Origin: Saprolegnia diclina VS20
Taxonomy: Eukaryota
NCBI RefSeq assembly: GCF_000281045.1
Contig: NW_008246088.1
Coordinates: 53,496 to 117,495, forward strand
Reading direction: 5' to 3'
Length of the DNA: 64,000 nt
Positions 22,269 to 35,707 of this stretch are shown here, one piece after another; position 1 is the stretch's first letter, and every line of letters begins with the position of its first letter. The position numbers were made by a program, and so were the translations under genes. The notes under the pieces were generated by a model. It worked only from the letters and a program-made list of their open reading frames with translations. It did not search any database and had not been told where the DNA came from.

Positions 22269-24917
22269 TTACGCAGCCACACGTGTCACGAAGAGCGGGC
22301 CGAGCACGAGGACCGTCGTCGAGAGAAGCTTGATGACGACGTGCAGCGCGGGCCCCGCCGTGTCCTTGAACGGATCACCGACCGTGTCGCCCGTCACCGC
22401 AGCCTTGTGGGCCTCCGAGCCCTTCCCGCCATGGTGGCCAAGCTCGACGTACTTTTTCGCATTGTCCCACGCGCCACCGACGTTGTCGAGGAAGAGCGCC
22501 ATCATGATGCCCGTGACCGTGCCAAACATGAGGTACCCCGCGAGGACTTCGGCGCCAAGCAGCGGCTTGTTTTGGTATGCCCCGACCTACCCTCATCACG
22601 CATAAGACTCTGAAAAATGCAGCAACGCGCGTACGACGCGGAAGACGAGACCGACGGCGACGGGCATGAGCACGGCGAGGAGGCCTGGGAGGCGCATCTG
22701 CTTGAGTGCCGCCTTTGTCACGAGCGCGACGCACGTCCGGTAGTCGGGCTTTTGCTTGTACTCCATGATGCCGGGGTAGAGCGCAAACTGCCGCCGGACT
22801 TCAAGCACGACCTCGCCTGCCGTGTCGCCGACGGCCGCGACCGCGAGACCCGTAAAGAAGAAGACCATCATGGTGCCGAGGAGGCCGCCGACAAGGACTT
22901 CGACGGTCGCAATGTCGACAGTCTTGAAGGGTACGCCAGCAAACGCCGAGAACTCGTCCATAAAGGCACCAAAGAGCACAAAGCACGCAAGGGCCGCCGA
23001 CCCGATCGAGTACCTACACCATATATCCTTTGTCATCGCATCCCAAGTCCTGTCAGCGTGACATACCCTTTCGTGATGGCCTTCGTGACGTTGCCGGCGG
23101 CGTCGAGCTTGTCGGTCGCGTCTCGCACGTAGTCGGGCTGGCCGCTCATCTCAGCGATGCCACCCGCGTTATCTGCGATCGGGCCATAGTTGTTCATCGC
23201 GAGGACAAACACCGCGGACGAGAGCATGCCCATGGTCGCCACCGCCGTGCCAAAGAGCCCGCCCGTTCGGTTGTTGGGGCCGCCAATGCCGGACGACGCG
23301 CCGAGGTGGTAGGCAGCAATGACCGAGACACTGACCATGAGCGTTGGGATCACGGTCGACTTCATGCCGACCGCGACGCCCGTGATGATGTTGGTGCCAT
23401 GGCCCGTCGTACTCGCCCGCGCAATGCTGCGCACGGGCTCGTACGCGTAGTCGGTGTAGTATTGCGTCGACTTGACAAACACAAAGGCAGTCACCATGCC
23501 GACGAGGCCGCAGAGGAAGAAGTGGAACCACGCGCTCGGCGCGGCCTCCGTGTGCAGCAGCCAGCGCGTCGAGATCGCAAATGCCACGAGCGCCAAGCCA
23601 AGCGTCACCGTGTAGCCGCGCTGGAGCGTCGTCATCGGGTTCGTCTCGTGCGGGCCGGGCGCCGTGACGCAGAGGATGCCGATGCTGCTGACGACAATGT
23701 CAAAGGCGTGGACGACGATGGGGAAGAAGACAAAGGAGATGGCGAGCGACGAGTGCGCATCCTTGGCGAGCGACCCGCCGAGGATCATGGCGCCAATGAT
23801 CTCGGCGGCGACGCTCTCAAAGACGTCGGCGCTGCTCCCGACGCAGTCGCCAACCATGTCCCCGACGAGGTCGGCAATCACGGCTGGGTTGCGCGGGTCG
23901 TCTTCCGGAATGCCCACTTCGACCTACATGCACATACATGTGAAAAATGAAGATGAGAGGGTTGGTACAGACCTTGCCAACGAGATCCGCGCCGACATCA
24001 GCGGCCTTGGTGTAGATGCCACCGCCGAGCTGCATGAAGAGCGCGACGAACGACGCGCCAAAGCCATACCCGACCATGAGCATAGGGATGTCCGTGGCCG
24101 CGACGGTTGACCCAAACATCATGTACAAGACGGCGTAAAGGATGCTGACGCCGGCGACGCAGAGCGTAATGTCGAGGACCGCCGAGAACGCACCGCCGCG
24201 AAAGCAGATGAGCAACGCCTCGCCGTACGACCGGCGCGCCGCGCTCGTGACGCGAATGTTGGACTGCGCCGAGACCCACCTGCGACGCATCATGAGATAC
24301 ATGCTACGACCGGAAGAAGCTAACGTACATGCTAATGTAGCCGGCCCCAGCCGAGCACACGGCACCGAGAAGGAACGAGAGTGCGCCAAGGACGCCCAGC
24401 ATGTAGTTGCCAAGCACTTCGACGCCGGTGGCGTGCGCGCTCGTCGTGCGCAGCGCGTAGCTAAAGAAGATCAAGAGCGCCAAGCCGATCGCAATGCGCG
24501 AGATGGCCGAGTACTGGATGCGCAAGAAGCCTTCGGCGCCTTCGCGGATCGGCGTCGAGACCTCGCGCATCTCGGGCGTACCATCGTCTTTCGCCAAGAC
24601 CCAGTTGCAGAGGTAGATGGAGAAGAGCACGCCGTAGCCGCAAAACGTGAGCACGAGCACGAGCGGCCGGAAGGTGCTGACGAAGGCGAAGAAGAGGAGG
24701 CCGAGCACCGAGATGGCGATCGCCGGCGTGTTCAAGTCGACCTGCTTGGCGTACGCGGACGCGTGGTTGCCCGAGAGCGGCGGCGCCTGGAAGCCAAACT
24801 CCATGGCGTCGTGCATGCTACCCAACAAGATATATGGCAAATGGGATCCGCGGAGCCAGATACACCTCTATAGATACATGCAATATCAATTGATAGAGGT
24901 ACGTACGACCACGCCAT
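22269..24917 (-). CDS. Membrane H+-translocating pyrophosphatase, K+-independent (AVP2-like), multi-exon
   Basis: [49 protein letters not shown] (Lys determinant of K+ independence), [10 protein letters not shown] and [15 protein letters not shown] short first exon at 24917 is inferred. Confidence 0.95.
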
Positions 24918-25337
24918 TGGCCAATCGCGGCGCGACCACGTGTCAGGCCGGACCGGCCCCCAAATCCGGACACGTATCCGGACGACGCGGCTTGAAGTTG
25001 GGCACGTGGTCTTGATCTTTGGCCCGATGGAATCCAGGTACAATCCACGGCAGACGAACGCGATGAAGACGCTGCCTTGGTCGCATGCCACGTGGACCAA
25101 GTACTCAAGATGCGGCAACATCAGCATCAGCACCCATGCGACGTGCAGCGGTGAACCAAGGCTCCTAGGATGGGACGTCGTACTTGTAATAGCGTAATCG
25201 CAACTTGGGTTTCATGACACCCAAACTCATTCGCAAGACAGGCCGACCGTCCAAACGACCAAGACTGCGGCAAGAGGACAAGGCGGGTTCACACATCACG
25301 CAGCTTTCGTTTCGGACGCGCCTCGTCGAACGACGTC

Positions 25338-26779
25338 TTACATCTTGTACTCTTCCTTGACGATCTTGGCGATCGTCGAGAGCTGCATGTTGCTCGTGCC
25401 TTCGTAGATCGAGCCAATCTTGGAGTCCCGGAAGAACTTTTCGACCATGAGGTGCTTGGTAAAGCCGACGCCGCCGAGGAGCTCAATGCACTTGGAGGCC
25501 GTGCGCTCGGCCACGCGCGACGCGTGGAGCTTGGCCATCGCCGCGTTCTTGACGAACGGCGCACCCGCGTCCTTCATGCGAGCGGCGTTGTACACAAGGA
25601 GGCGCGTAGTCTCAATGTCGAGCGCGCACTCGGCGTACTGGTGCTGCATGGCCTGGAAGTCGCCGATCGCCGACCCAAACTGGTGGCGGTCAAAGAGGTA
25701 CGGCATCGTCTGGTCGTACACGCCCTGCGCCAGGCCAAGCATCTGCGACGCAATGCCGATGCGGCCTTCGTTGAGCGTGCTGATCGCAATCTTGTATCCC
25801 TTCCCAACCTACAGTTTGCATCATACGATACGTCCGAAACGAAGCAAAAGGTTTACCTCGCCAAGGATCTGGCTCGACGGGACCTTGACGCCGTTCAGGA
25901 AGACGGGGCACGTCGACGACGCGCGGATACCGAGCTTGTCCTCGGGCTTGCCAATTTCGAGGCCCTCCATGTCGCGGTCGACGATGAAGCACGTGATCCC
26001 CTTGTAGCCGAGGCTCGCGTCGATGTTGGCAAAGACGAGGTACACGCCCGCGTACTCGGCGTTGGAGATCCACATTTTCTGACCCGTCAATGTGTAGTAG
26101 CTGCCGTCGGCCGACTTGTCCGCGCGCGTTTTGAGCGCAAACGCGTCACTGCCCGAGCCCGCTTCCGACAAGCAAAAGCTGCCAATCTGCATCGACAAAA
26201 TCAGCGGTCGAAGCACCGATGAGAGCGCATACCATGTTGGAGCAGAGGCGCGGCAGGTACTTTTGCTTTTGCTCCTCCGTGCCAAAGTTCTGCATGCATC
26301 GCGGGTCAGTCGAGCTTGCGCGCATATATGAGTTGGACGTACGACAAAGACGTTGTTGACGACCGTGTTCTGCAAGTCGCAAAGAAGGCCGACGACCGGG
26401 TCGACACGCGAGAGCGCTTCGATCGTCAAGCAGACGTTCATGAAGGACGCGCCCGACCCGCCGTACTCTTCCGGGATCTCAATGCCGAGCAGCTACATGT
26501 CCATGAGCTCACTTGCGCGCGAGGCGTGGCATCGTCTACCCCGTTCTCGAAGAGGCCACTCGTGACTTCGTCGTCCATCTCGCCCTCGGCGTCCATCTTG
26601 GCGGCCTTGGGCAAGCACACGTCGGCGGCGAACTTGGCGACCGCGTCCTTGAACATCTCTTCCTCCTCCGAGAGGTACGTCAGCGGCAGGTGCGTCGACG
26701 AGCTCATGGCGCGCATGGCGATGCCACCTGCGGCGGTCTTGCGGAGCGCGGGCGTCACGGCGCGGGCGATGCGTTGCAT
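25338..26779 (-). CDS. ACADSB: Short/branched-chain acyl-CoA dehydrogenase (multi-exon)
   Basis: [39 protein letters not shown] and [18 protein letters not shown]. Confidence 0.92.
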
Positions 26780-27800
26780 GCTGGTCTGGCGGAAATGGAG
26801 CGAATTCCAAAGTGCCATAACCAGGGGTTATGACGCTGTCGTTTCTGATTGGCTAAAATTGCAGGGGTTTCCTTGAAGTAGCGTTTGAAGTTGGGGTGGC
26901 GCCACCGGCCCAGCTGGCACGACAGCGTTGGCTCGCACAAGGGGCAGCAGGCCGAAGGCCTCGGAAGAACGTGATCCCCCAGACGCTACGTCGCATAGCC
27001 AGCTCCTCGGGAATTCCACTCATGTAGCAGATTCAACATGAGCTCTTCTACTAGAATAGACGAGGCTAGCCTGCGACGAGTCGGGCATGTCCCAAGGTGC
27101 CCTTTGGCCTCGTCAAGGCTGTCGGAAAAATGGCTAATGAGGTAATACGCGTGTGGGTCACAGAGAGGACTTTAGCCTTCAAGCAGGCGCGAGAGGCGGG
27201 TGCGCGGCGGTATCAGGTTGCAGGCGGTGTTGCATACCACATGCCGTGCGCGTGTCCCGTGATCTGGCACGCGTCTGGACGCATCCTGATTTGGCGCATT
27301 TGGTCATGCGAGAGACTAATGCTCAGAGCCCAAGTACGATGTATCCTTCTCGTATAGGGACTTGGTAAAGAAAGAGCCAAAGAGCTGCTAACGTTAGGGG
27401 CAATCCTTCGCAGCGTCGAGATGTCCAAATTGCCGTTTGGTACCCAAAAGCGCCTTCGAAAGCAGCCGGTGGACACTCGACCTTGCCGTCGGCCGATGTG
27501 TCAGGATCCAACGATGTACATAAGCAAACTAGTAGACCTCTAGCGTGGACCTCTCTACCGGTACGTAGGCCCACGCAAAATCCCCCAAGAATGCCGCTGG
27601 ACAGCCAAGGACCAGTGCTCGAGCTCACCCTCGCACGGACGCAGGACCGTGGTGCGCCATCATGGTTCGCCACTGTCGTAGCTGCAAGTGTATATGTACA
27701 GTATAGTGCTTTGGCGGCGGTTGCGCGACTACATGTACCCTGCGATAGAGTTGACCAACAGACTGGTGCATACAAAATGTGGTCATGTTGGCGTTCGCTT

Positions 27801-28963
27801 CTACTCGATCGAGCCGTTCAATTGCAGCAGCTTCTTGTACAACAGCGCAAGGAAGGCGACCACGAGTGCCGTGCCAATGCCTTGGAGAATGTTGTCGACG
27901 ACGTCGGTTGGTGCTGGCCGCGGCGCTGGAGCGGTCGGCGCAGGCGCTGCAGCGGTCGGGGCGGGAGCCGGTGCTGAAGCTGGTGTGCGCGCCATGGGTG
28001 TCGGATCCACCGTGGCGGCAACCGGCGCAGGGGCCGGCGTTGGTGCTGCGACGGGCACGGTTTCGCTCGCCACGACATCTTGGCTCTCGCATGCAGGAGC
28101 GGTATCCAGCGAAGACGACGCGGTCTCTTCTTCCTTTGCTTCGTCTGACGACGAGGACGGCGTGCCGCCCTCCATGTTGTGGATATGAAGCTGCGCGATC
28201 TGGGATGCGTACTTTGACTCAACGGGCGGTGTGTCCCGCGCCGTCTCTTCTGGGATCAAGTCTTTGATGCTGCCACACTGCGGGCAGGACCAGTGTACCG
28301 ACTAGGTGGACGCATGTCAGCAATGGAAACCAAAAATGAGCTGGTGCGGACCTCGGCAGCAAGCGTCTTGCGCTCGTCCGCTGTAAAGTCGAGGGCGCCG
28401 ATCGCACCTTCGCCTTTCGTCGGCATGAAGCTAATGAGCGCCTCCAAGATGAGGCGAACTAGACAACATCGTCTCCTGAGCATCATGAGCTAACGCGGTT
28501 CTATAGGACGTACCGCCCCATGCTGGCTGCCAGTGTTCCGGGTGGTACGCAGAGATGCTCAAGCAAATCTTCTTCTTGACTTCAAAGCGACCATTGGGCT
28601 ACATCGACCATGCATCTCCAAAATGCATGTACGTTGGCTACCGTCAAGAGGATGATGTTCGGCGGCTTGAACGGGTACTCGGACGGCAGAAGGATGCGCC
28701 CGTGGAAGATACCGCCTTCAAATGCCGTGTCGCGCGGCCCACGAATCGTAAAGTGCCAATCAAACATGTTGTTCTAGGGCGACGTCAGCTTCGTGCGCCC
28801 GACCTGCGCGTCGTACCTCGAGCGGCGCCGCAAAGTACTGGTCGCTTGGGTCCGTCATCATTTCACGGACGTCCTAGACGGCCATTCACTGAGCGTCTTG
28901 CCACCGCCATGCACCTACCGCTCGGATGCGCTTGATGGCCGTGTTCCCGATCGACGACGCCAT
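27801..28963 (-). CDS. UBE2J1: ER-anchored ubiquitin-conjugating enzyme E2 J1/Ubc6-like (multi-exon)
   Basis: AIKRIRA|DVREM..YFAAPLE|.NMFDWHFTIRGP..FEGGIFHGRILLPSEYPFKPP, ICLSISAYHPEHWQPAWG and ALISFMPT, with a C-terminal TM tail. Confidence 0.9.
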
Positions 28964-29311
28964 GGGGATGCCCAGCCGCTCGCGCTCGTCGCGAAAGCTA
29001 AAGTTCCACCGGCAAAAATTGCCCGCTCTACGGATACGATTCCGTTATCCGGTATAAAATCGGCTCGGCGAATCACAAACGAGCACGCTGCACCGTGCCG
29101 GAGCGTGCCACGTCAGCAAGCATATTCCGCGCACGACAATGGAAGTACAATATGTCTGTCAACATACAGGCAATATCGCGACACTGCGCAGCATTATATA
29201 CGAACGGTAGCCCTGCTCGAAGACCTCCTTGGGAGATTCGTGATGGGTTTCGGACCTAAAATTACAAATTTACATAGCACGCAGCAACGCACTGGGCATT
29301 TGGAGTTTGCG

Positions 29312-29806
29312 ATGACGACCGCAGGACGAGACGCCAAAGACTTGCTCATTACAACGAAGCGAGCGATCGTGACCAAAGGTATGATGAAAAGGGTCGAGCA
29401 TGCGTCTATGCAATTGTAGTTCAAACGCGCCACAAGGCTAACGAGACGTTTCTCCAGCATGATTTGGAGAACGACTACGACTATATGGTCAAGACGACGG
29501 ACCCAATCTTTGCGGACGCCCTAGAGGCCATTGTGCAGCACAAGCCGGAGCAAGTCGCGTCGTACCTGGCCGACTTTATGGTGGGCGGTGAAATCGACCT
29601 CATGAAGTTCAAGCGTTCGGTACGACGACGACAATAGTGTTGAGTTGGTGACGACATGTCTGTAGCAACTGCAAACGCAGTTTTACTTTGACCGCAAAGT
29701 CCGAGACGTCATGTCGCTCGCGATCGGCGCTGTGATCCAAGATCGTCCGACCGACGTCCGCGCCTACTTGGCCGATTTCTTCCAGAAACGCAGCAATGAC
29801 TATTGA
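29312..29806 (+). CDS. Small protein with two tandem Dpy-30/RIIa-like dimerization-docking motifs (3 exons)
   Basis: Introns 29379-29419 and 29620-29665 join MTTAGRDAK...YMVKTTDPIFADALEAIVQHKPEQVASYLADFM...YFDRKVRDVMSLAIGAVIQDRPTDVRAYLADFFQKRSNDY*. Confidence 0.7.
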
Positions 29807-30275
29807 AGCGTGATATACACAGCTATAAAACTACAATATGAATAAAGGCATTCACGATCGTCTGGTGTTCACGTCCTTTTGAGTGTTCTCAAATATTGGC
29901 TCCACTCTCGCTCTGTCATTACCTCGAAAATGATCGCAATTTGATTCGCTAAAAAGCATTAAAGTTTTAGCCAATCCAATTCGATCCCTCGCAGCGCAAG
30001 CGCTCGCCGAGACGCGCCGATGACCAAATCGCGTTGGAAAATGAAAGCGCTCAAACTTGGCAGGTGCCTCGATACCATTTTGTAGAGTCCAACACGCCAA
30101 GCTGCGTCGCCGTTCGCCACCTAAAACTCTAAATATATCGATTTTTGTGTCGCCAAGTCACGCCATCCATCACGTGATGGAAATATCGCGATGATCAACG
30201 ACATGACAGATTGCGACGTGCCTTCAGCTCCGAGCATTTAACCTATCGCAGTCTTGTTTTTGCCACTTCATCACC

Positions 30276-30527
30276 ATGGTCAACGCCATTGTCATCTTTG
30301 CAGCGCTCATCGCCAGCAGCAGTGCCACCGCGGTTGCCGTCGACGCGCCAGCGATGGGCGTTGCAGCGAAAGTGGACACCCAGACAAGCCTCAAGCAACC
30401 GCAACAGCTCCGCGAAGGCGAACAGAAGGAGTGCTTTGGGTCGATCTGCGGCGGTGGCATTGGCTTCGGCTGGGGTCTTGGTGGCGGATGCGGCCTCTTC
30501 TCGCCGTTCGGGTGCGGCTGGTTCTAA
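30276..30527 (+). CDS. Small secreted precursor with a Gly/Cys/aromatic C-terminal peptide (83 aa)
   Basis: Signal peptide, polar pro-region (LREGEQKE) and core CFGSICGGGIGFGWGLGGGCGLFSPFGCGWF. A paralog lies at 3193-3440. Confidence 0.8.
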   Translation: MVNAIVIFAALIASSSATAVAVDAPAMGVAAKVDTQTSLKQPQQLREGEQKECFGSICGGGIGFGWGLGGGCGLFSPFGCGWF

Positions 30528-30914
30528 GCTTAAGCGTCCAGGCTCTGGCCCACAAACATAACTGATGGAGCGATCGATTATCGTGTCAGTAATCATCTAA
30601 CTGCAAGATAGTACTACATCGCACCACCGCCCATCGTGTCCATGTTGTCTATTAGAAAATGCATCGGCGAGATGGCCTCTTCAGTGCCTAGCATCCGGAC
30701 TGCGTATTTGCGCCAGCCATTGTACGCTTGTAGTGGCGCGCTGATATCCTTTGGCGTCGGCCATGGCCGTCTGCAAGTACCTGGGATCGGCCACTTCAAG
30801 TCGCGGCGATTGACACCCATCGTTTTATCCGGACGTTCGGATACCGATGCGTCGGTGGCCATAATTAATTGCCAAGAGAGGAGAACGCAGCGAGACCCGA
30901 GGTAGACGACCAAG

Positions 30915-32066
30915 ATGCCGCCGAAGAAGAACCAAGTGTCCAAGAAGACGGTGGAGAAGAAGAAGGAGCAGATGCTCGAGGACAAGACGTTCGGCCTCAA
31001 GAACAAGAACAAGTCCAAGCAGGTCCAGAAGTACGTGCAGCAGGTGCAGCACCAGGTCAAGGGCACGTCCGAGGCCCAGGAGCGCAAGAAGCTGGATGAC
31101 AAGAAGGCTGCGGCCGCGGCCAAGGAGGCCATTGAAAAGCAGATGAAGGACCTCTTCATGGCCGCCATCGTGCAGCCCAAGGTGGGCCGCCAACAAGAGA
31201 TGCATTGATGCTAACGGCGCCGTAGGTTCCGCTCGGTGTCGATCCCAAGACGATCGTGTGCGAGTTCTTCAAGCAAGCGACGTGCGCGAAGGGCAACCGC
31301 TGCAAGTTCTCGCACGACCTCATGGTCGGCAAGAAGGCCACCAAGATCAACCTCTACGAAGACGATCGCGATGCCAAGGACGCGGGTATGATGACATTAA
31401 ACCATCGACGAACGCTTGTGCTCATGGTACGCCTAATTAGATATCATGGACACGTGGGACCAGAAGAAGCTCGAAGATGTCGTCGCCGAGAAGCACGGCC
31501 AGAAGGTGGCGACGACCACCGACATTGTGTGCAAGTTCTTCTTGGACGCGATCGAAAAGTCCCAGTACGGTTGGTTCTGGACGTGCCCGAACGGCGGCAA
31601 GTCGTGCAAGTACCGCCACGCGCTCCCGCCGGGTTTTGTTTACCAGTCCAAGAAGGACCGCGAGAACAGCAAGAAGAAGGGCGATGAGGTCAGCATCGAA
31701 GAGATCATTGAGCAGCAGCGCGCCAAGCTCGGCGCGAACGGCGGCACGCCCGTCACGGCCGAGTCGTTTGCCAAGTGGAAGACCGAGAAGGCCAAGCGCA
31801 AGCTCGTCGAGGACGAGAAGCGCCGCAAGGACGAAGCCAAGAAGTCGGGCAACCGTGGCCTCAACACGCTCAGTGGTCGTGCCCTCTTCACATTCGACCC
31901 GACGCTCTTCCAGGACGACGACGGCGCTGCGGGCGACGAGTACGAAGTCGAAGATTACGAGGACGAGGAGAAGCGGCCGGCGCCCGACGCGGCCTCTGCC
32001 TCCATGGACCAGAGTCTGTATATGCAGGACGTGGAAGATAACTTAGACGAACTCGTCGAAGAATAG
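30915..32066 (+). CDS. ZC3H15: CCCH zinc-finger protein 15 / Tma46 / DFRP1 (multi-exon)
   Basis: [63 protein letters not shown] and LSGRALF. Confidence 0.95.
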
Positions 32067-32087
32067 ACCGTGTAGTTTTGGGATGAG

Positions 32088-32890
32088 CTAGATCGTGCGA
32101 CGCACATGGGTTACAATGTCATCGATTGCCGCGAGCGCGCCATTGCCTACGAGATTTGTGAGCTGCAATAAGATCTAGTGCGCCGACCTGTCTCGCCGCA
32201 CGCCAGCATCTTGCTCACGGGCGGGATCACACGATAGCCAAAGTCGTCTTGGAGAATCTGGACGTGTTTGGCGGTGCATGGGTGTGTCCACATTTGTGTG
32301 TTCATGGCCGGCGCCACAAGTAGCGGCTTGGACTGCGACCACGCCCGCACGACGCACGACTACCGGGAATTGGTGAGCCGCTGTTGGCATTGAGCGAGAC
32401 TAAAAGACCAAGAGGTTGTCGCAGAGGCCGTTCGCGAGCTTCGCCATTGAGTTGGCCGAGAGTGGCGCGACAACACACACATCCGCCCAGTCCCGCAACT
32501 ACATGGCAGAGGTGTCTCCACACGAGTGAAGCGGGGAGAAAGCTCGCACTTGGATGTGAAGAATGGGGTCACCAATGACGTTCCACGCGTTCCACTCATC
32601 TTCGTCGCGGTGGATCGTGACGCCAAGTGCTTCGAACGCCGCAAACATCGTTGGGTTGTACGCAGCGGCCTTGGGGAGAAAAAAGTCGGCCGACTTGGTC
32701 AGCACCACTTGCACCTGCCATGATTCGCCGCGTTAGCCTTCGTTTCACGCAAAGGGCCCAGCACCTCTGCATATTCTGCAAGCTTCACGACCAGTTCCGG
32801 CACCTTGATCGTCGCGACGCTGCCGGACGCAGCCACAAGGACACGCGGCCGCGTCGACGTCGCCACGGCCCCGCTCGTCGCAGTTGACAT
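32088..32890 (-). CDS. PPCDC: Phosphopantothenoylcysteine decarboxylase (HAL3/PPCDC), multi-exon
   Basis: VLVAASGSVATIK, DEDEW..W..IGDPILHI, ANTLAKL.NGLCDNL, VAPAMNTQMW and KMLACGETGNGAL. Confidence 0.9.
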
Positions 32891-33053
32891 TCGAAGTTCA
32901 AATGCGAACTTCGTAGATACGATGGTCGGTTTTGATTGGTGCTAACCTTTTATATCCTGAAATTAATATTCCGCAAGTTAAATGTAACATACAAATAGCA
33001 AGCATAACGGACTCGAATGGGCTGTTTTATTTATGAATCGTTCACAACGCAAA

Positions 33054-35645
33054 ATGTGGAGCACTGGAGGAAAGACAAAGGCCGCGGCCCCGACGTCCAT
33101 GGCGCCTCCGCTCTTCAGCATGTCCAAAGGCCCTGCCACGAAGGCAGCTCCGGCGCCGGCCGCGAGCGTTGCCAAAGAGGCCAAGGCCGCAGCCCCTGCC
33201 AGCGGCGGTCTCAAGTCCGTCCTCGGCTTGGCAAGCTCGATCGCGCCGGCGGTGCTGGCCAACGTGCTGCCCGAGATCCATGTCAACCTCATGTGCGCGC
33301 ACGAAGCGACGGGCTCCATCGTAGTGCTGGGTGCGAAAGGTCGCCTTTGCTACGTCAACATGCAACATGCGGCGCCCATCTTGCACGATCTGACGACGAC
33401 GCCGGCGATGGCATTGACCCTGGCGACGGCCACTGGCTTGTCCTTCAACCCGTCTGGCACGCGCATCCTCGTTGAGGCGTCGGCTAGCAATGCAACGCCA
33501 GGAAGCGACTTGTATACCTTTGAGCTCCCGTTCGGCGCTCGCAACGCGCCGTCGACAGGCGAGCGCGTCCTCGTCAAGTTCAAGGACGGTACGAGCCGCG
33601 CCGTGACGCTCTCCAAGAAACAGGGCGTGGATACCTTGCAGCGCGCTATGGACGCACTCACATGCGACGAGCGAGCGAACGTCAAGACTGTCTGCCAAGA
33701 CGTCTTCGACATCGACCTCCAGCGCGTGTCGCTGCCACCCAACGTCCGCAGCCGGCACGCGCTCTGGCATCCGCTGAGCGACGCGCATGTCGCTATCCTA
33801 ACGACCATCGAAGACCTTCGGCTTGTGGACGTCCAAGATGACACGACCGACCAAGTCCATGCGCTCGAAAGCGCACCAACGACGTCCTCCGCAGTGCACT
33901 CGACCGCGATTGCGTTTGGCCCGTCCACGGGGTGGGAAGCGTTTACCGTGTACATCCTTCGCTCCAACGGCGACGTCTACGCCCTCAACCCGTTCGTGCC
34001 GTCGATGAAAGCAGCGGTCGCCACGTCGCTTCTCGTCTTTCTCAAGCAAAAGACCGAGGCGCTTCTCGCGACTGCATCCTCCCAGGAAGCCATCGTCGTG
34101 CTCAAGGCGCAACGCCACTGGCTCGACGAGCTCTGGCCGACGGCGGCACCGCGCCCGGCGGTTAGCAAGTTTAGCGCTCCGCTCCATGACGAGGAAGACG
34201 AACCCCGTCCGGCACCACTTGTGCCCACGACACGCATCAGCACCACGTCCGGCCTCCGCCCGCACACGTGGCCGCTTCAGCTCCAAGGTCCGTTCACGCG
34301 CGCGGGGTCGTCGTGGCCAAAGCCGTCCGACGCGGCCGCGCGCTCGCTGCGTGCGGTCCCGTACCCTCTGACGGACAACAACATTGGCCAGCACCCAGTG
34401 CTCGCGGTCGCGTATTCGTCGGGCCATGTGGAAATCGTACGTATCTTTCTCGATTGTATCGAATTATCAACCTCGGAATGGATGCTGATAGGTGCTGCTG
34501 GCGAAAGAAGCGCGGCCACTGTGGCAATCAAGCCACGTGTCGCCGCCGCCGCCATCGCCGCTGTACGTGGTCGAGTGCCTCGATCTCGGGACCGACGCGA
34601 ACGGCGGCAAGGCGGAGCTCACCGCCAAGGCCCATTTGCCCTACTTTGTCTACGTCGTGCATTCCACCAGTAGATGATCGATCCATATGTTGGTTTGGCA
34701 TCTTACGTTGTATGGCTAGGCGTCCACGTCATCCACGCCCACTGGATGCGGGAGCCCCTCACGGGCCCTGTGACGAGCGCGGTGCGTCGCGTGTTTTCCG
34801 TGTCACCCAACGCACTCGCGTCGTCGCATGCGATTGGCGCGTCGGTTCTCCACACGGTCGAACTCGGTCACTTGATTGTGGTCCAGCTCGTCTCGGGGGC
34901 GTTTGAGATCGTCAACGTCAGCGCCGCGGTCGTACCCAGCGTCGCCGCCACCAAGCTGCGGTCGCCGCCAACGCCCACCGCGTCGCTGGTGCCGCTGCGT
35001 GATCTTGTCGACGCCACTCAATCCAAGCGCCCGTCGACGACGACAGCGCACGTGGCCGGTGCGACGCCGCTGTCGCATGCGACCATGGCGACGGTCCAGT
35101 TCACCTTGGACCATGTCCGGCAGCTCAATGACGAGGTCGCGTACCTCCAAGAACTCCAGCTGCTCGCGTCCAACCGGCTGAGTCTGCACAAAGAGATGGC
35201 GACGAAGCAGGCGTCGTCGATGGCGGCGCTCCAGAAGCACATTGCGGCGCTCGAAGCGTCGACGATCGCGCTCTCGGACCGCGTCAAGCACGTGCAAGCG
35301 ACGCAGATGCGGCTCAATGCGCGCGCGGCCGCCGCGCTCCAAGCCATTCGCGACAACCAAATCGTAGTGACCAAGGCCGAGATCAAGTACAAGGAGGACC
35401 TTGTCGAGATGCAGACGCAAGTGCGCCGGCTCACGCCGCAAGTGGTGCAAATGAACATGGACGCCGAAAAGCTGCTGCGGACGGCCAAGCCGACGACGTC
35501 GACAGCACCGCGCTCGTTCTCGGACGAGAAGGAGCGCATGGTTCACGACGTCTTGACCGCCGAGACGCAGCTCATCGCAGACGCCAAAGCGATTCTGAAC
35601 GACCTCAGTGACAAGGTCGAAAAGATCAAGCTCTCGGTCGCGTGA
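33054..35645 (+). CDS. NUP88: Nucleoporin Nup88/Nup82-like (multi-exon)
   Basis: ALWHPLSDAHVAILT, FGPSTGWEAFTVYILRSNGDVYALNP and LQLQGPF, with a C-terminal coiled coil. Confidence 0.75.
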
Positions 35646-35707
35646 GGTGCATATCTAAGATTTAAAAAACAGCGCGGACTTTGTATTAAATAAGAAGATA
35701 AAGAGCA

